From: Chthoniobacteraceae bacterium
GTDB lineage: Bacteria > Verrucomicrobiota > Verrucomicrobiia > Chthoniobacterales > Chthoniobacteraceae
NCBI GenBank assembly: GCA_031409655.1
Contig: JANNXQ010000179.1
Coordinates: 1-52,941 of the forward strand
Direction of reading: 5' to 3'
DNA: 52,941 bases
The notes below the pieces were generated by a model. That model saw only the letters and a list, made by a program, of their open reading frames with translations, did not search any database and was not told the DNA's origin. Positions 1-6,510 of this stretch are shown one piece after another. Numbering within the stretch: the first letter of the stretch is position 1; each line of letters opens with the position of its first letter. The translations under genes were made by a program, and so were the position numbers.

Positions 1-766
1 CCTGCTGGACCTTGCGGCGGTCGCCGACGGATTTGCACCCGGCGGCGAGGTGGTCGTAAGCCTCCACGAGGAAGCCGCCGGTGCCGCAGGCGGGGTCGAG
101 CACGGTCTCGCCGAGCTGCGGGTCGGTGACATCCACCATGAACTTCACCACGGGGCGCGGGGTGTAGAACTCGCCGCTGTCGCCGGCGGCATCGCGCATT
201 TCGCGCAGCATGTTTTCGTAAAGGCGGCTGAGGGTGTGCATCTCCTCGCTGGCGGTGAAGTGGATGCCGGTGACTTTGTTGATGACATCGCGCAGTAGGT
301 AGCCGGACTCCATGCGGTTGGTGACGCCTTTGAAGACGTTGGCGATGACATCCTGCCGGGCCTTGCCGGACTCGGACTGGAGGCCGCGCAGATAAGCGAA
401 GAGGCCCGCGCCCTTGGTGCCGTCGGGCCGCATGGTTTCATCCTGCGAGATGAACTTGAGCAGTTCGTCGCCGGTGATGCCGTCGGCCATCACCGCCCAA
501 TCGCGCCAGCGGTAGGGCGGCTCGATGACGGGCTGGTATTTCTTTCGGCCGAGCTTCGATTCCTCCTCGGCGGAGATTTCCATGTCGTCGAGGAACTTGA
601 GGAAGAGAATCCAGGTGAAGAGCGGGAGGCGGTCGAGGTCGCCATTCAGCCCCTTGTCCTTCCGCATGATTTGGCGGGCGGACTTGATGAGCGACCCGAG
701 CCGCTGGGCGGTGGTCATGGGCTGCGCGGCTTTCTTCTGGCGCGTTTTTTTTGGAGAAGTGGTCAT
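1..766 (-). CDS. hsdM: Type I restriction-modification DNA methyltransferase subunit M (5' part; runs off the left edge)
   Basis: Not in the ORF track (no stop in window). Manual translation from ATG 766: MTTSPKK...RLGSLIKSARQIMRKDKGLNGDLDRLP...GEFYTPRPVV...VLDPACGTGGFL (SAM-binding motif I). Start overlaps the PIN gene stop (ATGA 763-766). Confidence 0.95.
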   Translation of the reverse strand, partial: MTTSPKKTRQKKAAQPMTTAQRLGSLIKSARQIMRKDKGLNGDLDRLPLFTWILFLKFLDDMEISAEEESKLGRKKYQPVIEPPYRWRDWAVMADGITGDELLKFISQDETMRPDGTKGAGLFAYLRGLQSESGKARQDVIANVFKGVTNRMESGYLLRDVINKVTGIHFTASEEMHTLSRLYENMLREMRDAAGDSGEFYTPRPVVKFMVDVTDPQLGETVLDPACGTGGFLVEAYDHLAAGCKSVGDRRKVQQ

Positions 767-1227
767 TTCTTTTTGCGAGTCGGCTCGACAGGAGGAGGGA
801 GCACTTTCAATCCGCAGCGACTGGCTACCGTGCGCTGGCGTGCATCGTAGGAGACGAAAGTTGCGCAGCCCGCCTCCAGAGCGGCAGCGACATGCCATAG
901 ATCCAAACTGCGTGAGCCCACCTCACCGGAAAACTTCGCAGAAAGGGTTTCCGCTCGCATGAAGACAGCAGCGAGATCGTAGGAAATCCGTTCAAATCGG
1001 CCAGCATCCACGTCGGAGAGAAAGGTGCGGATCGCGGCCGTTTCCTGGGTCTTGGTGATCTCTCCCCGGAAGCGCTTCAGGTGAATGGCGTTGGGTATCT
1101 CCAGTTCGTGGAGATGCGAGTAGGCGAAGGGCTCGCCGATCTCGTCGAGGAGGTGGATGGTCGCTTCTGAATCGGCCTCTAAAACCAGTGCTTTTACAAA
1201 GAGGGCGGTGTCAATGTAAGCCGTCAT
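763..1227 (-). CDS. PIN-domain (VapC-like) toxin
   Basis: 154 aa with the PIN acidic set: YIDT near the N-terminus, LHELE, SRSLDLWHVAAA, FVSYDARQ. Directly downstream of a Phd-like gene. Confidence 0.9.
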   Translation of the reverse strand: MTAYIDTALFVKALVLEADSEATIHLLDEIGEPFAYSHLHELEIPNAIHLKRFRGEITKTQETAAIRTFLSDVDAGRFERISYDLAAVFMRAETLSAKFSGEVGSRSLDLWHVAAALEAGCATFVSYDARQRTVASRCGLKVLPPPVEPTRKKK

Positions 1228-1466
1228 CGATCTCCGCGGTCATAGTCCATCACCGTGGTGGAATCCCCACCCACGGGACCATCCGGGAAGAGCTTTTGCA
1301 AGCGCTTGAGACGGTTCACTGGAGGCAGTTGCTTGCGTTTGCGGGCTGGTGCGAGGGTGGCGAAGGGGATGCCTCGCTTTGTAATCACGACGGCCTCTCC
1401 CTCGTGGATCCATTTTGACACGGTGGTGAAGTGGTTTCTCAAATCGGCGACAGTGGCGGTCTTCAT
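1224..1466 (-). CDS. Phd/YefM-family antitoxin
   Basis: 80 aa MKTATVADLRNHFTTV...EGEAVVITKRGIPFATLAP is a typical Phd N-terminal DNA-binding signature. ATGA overlap with the toxin. Confidence 0.9.
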   Translation of the reverse strand: MKTATVADLRNHFTTVSKWIHEGEAVVITKRGIPFATLAPARKRKQLPPVNRLKRLQKLFPDGPVGGDSTTVMDYDRGDR

Positions 1467-1467
1467 A

Positions 1468-1505
1468 ATGATAGATTATCTATCATGCTTGGCGATCCGG
1501 GTCAA
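1468..1505 (-). promoter_or_regulatory. Putative TA promoter and operator: perfect 9-bp inverted repeat over a candidate -10, with TTGACC as -35
   Basis: ATGATAGAT-T-ATCTATCAT at 1468-1486, 1 nt from the antitoxin ATG. On the minus strand TTGACC (1505-1500, overlapping the hsdR stop) is followed after 17 nt by TAGATAAT. Confidence 0.65.
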
Positions 1506-3910
1506 GCGGCGTAAAGGAGCTCCTGGAGTTTCGCGACGGCGGTGCGGAACTGGTCCGCCCCTCCGAAGCGCTGGGTAATCTCGGTGACGTTGCCGAGGTC
1601 GGAGAGTGGCGGGACTTTCAATGAGTCGGGGATGCTGAACTCAGCTGGGCCGTGTTCGGCGTATTTCGCAAGGAGCGCGTCGAGAATCTGGCGGGCCTGC
1701 TCCCCGTATTCCTCGAAGAAGGACGGAGCATCCTTGCGCAGACGGGCCGCGCGTTCCTTGCGCGTGAGCACGGGGGCTTTCCAGGCAATGTTGCAAAGCA
1801 GGTCGAAGGGGTCGGCATCGGGATTGCCAAACGCTTCCCCGGCTTCGGCGGCGCTGATGCCTTTCGCTTCCAGCGCGGTCAGGATTTCGGCGCGGCGGTC
1901 TGGGTCGGCCCAGCCGTGGCGGAACTCGGCGACATCCACGAAGAGCGAGCGGACGACTTCGCTGGTGTAATCACGAAACTCGGTGGCGCGAAGCTGCTTT
2001 CCCTCTGCGTCGAGGTCCTGCGTCAGATGCGTGGAGATGCTGACCTTGCCTTTGGTGACGTAATACTTGGCGGGGTCTTCTCTGAGCACGGGTGAATCGA
2101 TGATGACGGGTGGCTCGGGATCGACGATGACCTCTTCGCCGTCATCACCATCCCCGTCTTCGCCGTCCGTGTTCTCGGGTCCGGGGTCAACGACGGTGGT
2201 CGTGGTGGTGTTGCCGTCGCCGTCTATTTCTTCCTCGGAAACAAACTCGGGATCGCCGTCGAACTCCTTGTCGGCGAAGTGGCGCGTTGCCGTGCCGGTG
2301 TAGTCGAGGATGTTGAAGTAGAACTTGCCGTAGTCCTCGCGGAGGCGCGTGCCGCGTCCGATGATTTGCTTGAACTCGGTCATGGTGCCGATGACGCGGA
2401 TGAGCACGACGTTCTTGACCATCGGAGCGTCCACGCCGGTGCTGAGAAGCTGGGACGTGGTGAGGATGACGGGCGTTTCGGTTTCGAGTTCCTGAAAGCG
2501 CCCGAGATGGCCTTTGCCGATGGCCTTCTCGTCGGAGGTCACGCGGCAGACGTAGTCCGGGTGCATTTTGACGATGTCGGGGCTGAGATTGTTGAGCAGT
2601 TGCCGCATCTCGTCGGCGTGCTCCTGGTCCACGCAGAAGACGATGGTCTTGTCGTAGGGATTGGTGCGCTGGAGGAAGTTCGTGAGGTGCTTCGCGATGG
2701 CCTCGGAGCGGGGACGCAGCGAGAGACGTCTTTCAAAGTCAGGCGTGTGGTATTCCTCGTCGGGAATCTCGCGGCCCAGCTTGTCGAGTTCGCCTTGGGT
2801 CGGACGCCAGCCGGTGGCGTCGGCGGAGGTGACAATGCGATGCACGCGGTAAGGCGCGAGGAAGCCGTCGGCGAGGCCCTGGCGCAGGCTGTATTGGAAA
2901 ATGGGATTCCGGAAGTAACGGTAGGTGGCTTTGTTGTCCTTGCGCAACGGGGTGGCGGTCATGCCGATTTGCACGGCGGGTTTGAAGTATTCGAGAATCT
3001 CCCGCCAGTTGCTTTCCTTCCGAGAACTGCCGCGATGGCACTCGTCAATGATGATGAGGTCGAAGAAGTCGGGCGCGTATTCCTTGTAAAGCCCAGGGCG
3101 GTTTTCGTCCTCGGCGATGGACTGGTAGGTGGCGAAATACATCTCGCGGCTTTTGATGGCGTCGCCGTTTTCAATCTTGTGCCGCGCATCGCCGAACGGG
3201 ATGAAGGTTTTGTCCTTGGGATCATCCACGAGGATATTCCGGTCTGCGAGGAACAAAATCTTCGGACGCTTGACCGGGTCGTTGCTGCGGTTCCAGCGGG
3301 TGGACCAAAGTTTGTAGCAGATTTGGAAAGCGACGACGGTCTTGCCCGTGCCGGTCGCCATGGTGATGAGGACGCGGTTTTTGCCCCGCATGATGGCATC
3401 CACGGCGCGGTTGATGGCGATTTGCTGGTAGTAGCGCGGCGGGCGTTCGACGTCGTGGTAGAACGGCGCGAGAATCCTTTCGACTGCGAGCGTGGGAAGT
3501 GGCGCGGCTCCATTCAGCCGCGCCCACAGCTCATCGGCAGTCGGGAAATTATCAACGCTCCGCTCAATGCCAGTCGTGTAGTCGAACTCGACGATGCCTT
3601 GGCCATTGGTGGAATAGGCGAACTTCAAATCGAGAATTCCGGCGTATTCCTTCGCCTGCGAGAGGCCAGCGCCCGGCGTTTTGTAGTCTGCTTTTGCCTC
3701 AACTACCGCGATTGGAAAGTCTGGCCGGTAGCGCAGGAGATAGTCGGAGCGTTTCGGTTTTCCGCGAATGATTTTCCCGCCGACAACGCGGATGCGGCCC
3801 TTGGGATTGGTGAAGCAGCGTTGCTCCGCGATGCTGAACGGCGCATTTTCCCACCCGGCTGCCTGAAGCAATGGGACGACGTATTTTCGACAGGTGTCAG
3901 CTTCGTTCAT
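1502..3910 (-). CDS. hsdR: Type I restriction endonuclease subunit R (EcoEI-like C-terminus)
   Basis: Start MNEADTCRKYV. Nuclease motif SDYLL...VVEAK, Walker A MATGTGKT, DECHR, ATP motif TATP, QIIGRGTR. Confidence 0.95.
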   Translation of the reverse strand: MNEADTCRKYVVPLLQAAGWENAPFSIAEQRCFTNPKGRIRVVGGKIIRGKPKRSDYLLRYRPDFPIAVVEAKADYKTPGAGLSQAKEYAGILDLKFAYSTNGQGIVEFDYTTGIERSVDNFPTADELWARLNGAAPLPTLAVERILAPFYHDVERPPRYYQQIAINRAVDAIMRGKNRVLITMATGTGKTVVAFQICYKLWSTRWNRSNDPVKRPKILFLADRNILVDDPKDKTFIPFGDARHKIENGDAIKSREMYFATYQSIAEDENRPGLYKEYAPDFFDLIIIDECHRGSSRKESNWREILEYFKPAVQIGMTATPLRKDNKATYRYFRNPIFQYSLRQGLADGFLAPYRVHRIVTSADATGWRPTQGELDKLGREIPDEEYHTPDFERRLSLRPRSEAIAKHLTNFLQRTNPYDKTIVFCVDQEHADEMRQLLNNLSPDIVKMHPDYVCRVTSDEKAIGKGHLGRFQELETETPVILTTSQLLSTGVDAPMVKNVVLIRVIGTMTEFKQIIGRGTRLREDYGKFYFNILDYTGTATRHFADKEFDGDPEFVSEEEIDGDGNTTTTTVVDPGPENTDGEDGDGDDGEEVIVDPEPPVIIDSPVLREDPAKYYVTKGKVSISTHLTQDLDAEGKQLRATEFRDYTSEVVRSLFVDVAEFRHGWADPDRRAEILTALEAKGISAAEAGEAFGNPDADPFDLLCNIAWKAPVLTRKERAARLRKDAPSFFEEYGEQARQILDALLAKYAEHGPAEFSIPDSLKVPPLSDLGNVTEITQRFGGADQFRTAVAKLQELLYAA

Positions 3911-3920
3911 GATGTTAAGC

Positions 3921-3953
3921 GGCGAGGTGGTGGATGAAGTGCTGCACCCAGGC
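3921..3953 (-). pseudogene. Remnant of a second hsdM (AWVQHFIHHLA segment)
   Basis: Translates AWVQHFIHHLA, matching from memory the conserved NANFAWVQHFIHHLAP segment of a common HsdM subfamily. Only 11 codons. Confidence 0.6.
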
Positions 3954-3957
3954 AGGC

Positions 3958-4066
3958 AAATGACGAATGCTGAATTTCGAATGTCGAATTGGGGCCAATG
4001 CAAAGAGCCAGGTCCGAGTTTTGACCGGCGTTCCGTTCATCATTTGAAGTTCGTCGTTCATCGTTC
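3958..4066. repeat. Palindrome of degenerate heptamer arrays (downstream flank of the four-helix-bundle gene)
   Basis: AAATGAC GAATGCT GAATTTC GAATGTC GAA (3958-3988) faces TTCATCA TTTGAAG TTCGTCG TTCATCG TTC (4036-4066). The second arm contains the gene's stop codon. Confidence 0.7.
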
Positions 4067-4436
4067 GCTTCCCCTTGCGGTTTTTCGGGACGCCACGGTG
4101 ATGGCGACGAGTTGATTCGCTTCGTCGAGCAGGCGCGCCAGTTCTTGGGAAATTCGAACGTCGATTTTCAATTGTCGAAGTGCGCCAATATCGCGGATGC
4201 ATTTCGAGCCAGAAGCCGCTTTCGTCTGCTTCTTCTTCGACGGTTCCGAGTTTCGAGATGAAGTCGGCTTTCGATTTTCCACGACACGCTGAACGGTAGT
4301 TGGCCGCGACCGAACTGGACGAGCGGATGACTTGCCCGATGGCGTGGCGTGTTTCCAAGACTTGCGGAAAGCCAGCGCACAACCCGATGACGTCGAGCGC
4401 GAATTTCTTGGTTCGTTTCTTCAGTTCTTCACTCAT
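4058..4436 (-). pseudogene. Four-helix-bundle protein (23S rRNA IVP / bAvd-like family), +1 frameshift
   Basis: MSEELKKRTKKFALDVI...QVIRSSSSVAANYRSACRGKSKADFISKLGTVEEEADESGFWLE continues in another frame as CIRD...LLDEANQLVAITVASRKTAR. Span is 379 nt (3n+1), with an extra A in GAAA at about 4202-4204. Confidence 0.85.
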
Positions 4437-4438
4437 GC

Positions 4439-4515
4439 GAATTTCGATTGTCGATTTTCGAATGCCGAAGTGAAGCTGCTGCGGTTCGGCATTCGCACTT
4501 TGCAATTCGGCATTC
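4439..4515. repeat. Palindrome of degenerate heptamer arrays (upstream flank of the four-helix-bundle gene)
   Basis: GAATTTC GATTGTC GATTTTC GAATGCC GAA (4439-4469) faces TTCGGCA TTCGCAC TTTGCAA TTCGGCA TTC (4485-4515). Confidence 0.7.
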
Positions 4516-4519
4516 CCGC

Positions 4520-4591
4520 GGTGGGCTGCTTGGCGCTGGCCTGGAGGTGGGACCAGCGGGCGTCGGCGGTCACCCAGAAGACGTTCTCGGC
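4520..4591 (-). pseudogene. Remnant of a second hsdM (N-terminal domain segment)
   Basis: Manual translation AENVFWVTADARWSHLQASAKQPT matches from memory the HsdM_N segment AENVFWVPxxARWxxLQxxAKQPxIG. Preceded by an in-frame TAA, no start codon. Confidence 0.75.
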
Positions 4592-5127
4592 TTAGCATAG
4601 ATTCGCGCCTCCGCGCTCAGGGCCGTGCGCGAGAGGGACTCGTCCGTCGGCTTGGGCGATCGAACCAGCCCGCCAACGTCCGCGCATTCGGATGGGGAAA
4701 ACCACTTCACTCACGGCGGTGGACGCTGGCGAAGGTGGGGGCGGGGGTAAAGGGCAATTCGCGGCAGCCGCTTGGGATCTACCGCCACCCGGTGCAAGGT
4801 CAGAGGCGCTGGCTGGCGATCGGGGAGCGGGGAATTTTTTCGGGTACGACTCTGCCGGGGCGGTGAAGATGGGCGTTTCCCCGAGGCGGCAGGGCTGCTA
4901 TGGAAAGGATCGTGCGTGCTGTGCCCATGAACCCTTCGCTCGCGGATGACGCGCTGTTCGCGATGGGCGCGATTTCGGGCATCGGGGAAGGGTGCGCGCA
5001 GCCCGGTGCGGCGCCTCGGTCTGCCGCGGGACAGCGCGCAGACGGCGGCTTTTCTGCGGCCCACTACGGCAGAGTGCATGGATGCCCCGAAGGTCGTGCT
5101 CGATGGCGGGACGATGGCGCAGCCGCT

Positions 5128-6255
5128 ATGGTGAAGTTGTCGCGGGTCGTGGCGCTGGTGGCTGCTTTTCTCCTCTCGGTGGAAAGCGGGCGCGGCGCGG
5201 AGTCGGCGCTCGAGCGGGTGCGGGTGGCAGCGGATGGGCGGCGTTTCATCCTCGCGGAGACGCAGCGGGAATTCCGTCCCTGGGGGATGAACTATGGGAA
5301 TGCGGGACGGCTGATGGAGGATTTCTGGGAGGCGGATTGGGAGACGATCGCGGGGGACTTCCGCGAGCTGAAGGCGCTGGGGGCGAATTTGGTGCGGGTC
5401 CATTTGCAGGTGGGAAAATTCATGGAGGCGGCGGATCGGCCAAATGCCGCTGCCCTGAAACAACTCGCGCGGATGGTGCGCCTCGCGGAGGAGACGGGGC
5501 TGCGGCTGGATGTGACGGGGCTGGCGTGTTACCGGCCCGCGGATGGACCGGCGTGGTATAACGCGCTGGAGGAGCCGGCGCGGTGGGCGGCACAGGCGCA
5601 CTTCTGGGCAGCGATCGCGAAGACGTGTGCGTCGAGCGGGGCGGTCTTTTGTTACGACCTGATCAATGAACCGCTCTCGCCCGCAGGGAAACGCGCGGCG
5701 GGGCAATGGCCATCGGGCTCGCGCTTTGGCGGGTTTGATTTCCTGCAGTACATTGCCCTCGATCCAGCGGGGCGGGCGCGCGAGGAGATCCCGGTGGCCT
5801 GGATCCGCCAGCTCACGGCGGCGATCCGCGCTCACGATCGCACGACGCTGATCACCGTGGGGCTGCTGCCGTGGTCGCGCGATTGGAAGCATCTCAGTGG
5901 CTTTCTCCCGGAGAAGGTGGCGCCGGAGTTGGATTTTATCAGCGTGCATCTTTACCCGGACACGAAGAAGCCGGGCGAAGCGCTGGAGTCGCTGCGGCTC
6001 TTTGCGGTGGGCAAGCCGGTGGTGATCGAGGAGACATTCGCCCTGAGTTGCACGCCAGCGGAATTGGAGGAATTTCTGCGGGCCTCGCGGGAGTATGCGT
6101 GTGGGTGGATCGGGCACTACGACGGCAACACGCCGGAGGAGCTCGATGCCATCGAGCGGGAGGGAAAGTTGACGATCCCGCAGGCCGCCTACCGCGAGTG
6201 GCTGCGGATGTTTGTGCGGCTGGGGCCGGAATTTTCGCCGAGGCTTTCCCGCTGA
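5128..6255 (+). CDS. Secreted glycoside hydrolase, GH5-like (clan GH-A)
   Basis: Signal-like MVKLSRVVALVAAFLL. LGANLVRVHL, acid/base YDLINEP, VHLYP, nucleophile KPVVIEETF. Confidence 0.8.
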   Translation: MVKLSRVVALVAAFLLSVESGRGAESALERVRVAADGRRFILAETQREFRPWGMNYGNAGRLMEDFWEADWETIAGDFRELKALGANLVRVHLQVGKFMEAADRPNAAALKQLARMVRLAEETGLRLDVTGLACYRPADGPAWYNALEEPARWAAQAHFWAAIAKTCASSGAVFCYDLINEPLSPAGKRAAGQWPSGSRFGGFDFLQYIALDPAGRAREEIPVAWIRQLTAAIRAHDRTTLITVGLLPWSRDWKHLSGFLPEKVAPELDFISVHLYPDTKKPGEALESLRLFAVGKPVVIEETFALSCTPAELEEFLRASREYACGWIGHYDGNTPEELDAIEREGKLTIPQAAYREWLRMFVRLGPEFSPRLSR

Positions 6256-6339
6256 AACCTGCGTCACGGAAACGTGATTTCGCAAAGTTTGGCAACGTCC
6301 GTCAGCTCGGTGGCATCGGCCCGGAAGCAGGCTTAGAGA

Positions 6340-6510
6340 CTAGCAGCCTGTTGGAAAACGCATCCTCGGAGGATGGCGTCGCTCCGCGCGCCATGCCAAA
6401 CTCTGGCCGTAGGCCCATCTTTCAGAGTGGCGCTGCGCGCGATGCGAGTCATGGCGCGCGGAGCGACACCATCCACCGAGGCCCCAAGAGGTTTTGCAAC
6501 AGGCTGCTAA
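6340..6510. mobile_element. MITE copy 1 (~170 bp, palindromic)
   Basis: TIRs TAGCAGCCTGTTG...CAACAGGCTGCTA bounded by CTAG/CTAA. Internal ~30-bp inverted repeat. Near-identical inverted copy at 34603-34772. Confidence 0.85.

Noticed and set aside
4058..4436. Diversity-generating retroelement suggested by the Avd-like fold
   Set aside because: No reverse transcriptase and no template/variable repeat pair differing at adenines were seen in the window.
4600..5127. Possible small gene or structured RNA between the R-M locus and the GH5 gene
   Set aside because: Short ORFs lack motifs, and I could not identify a riboswitch, tRNA or convincing stem pattern.
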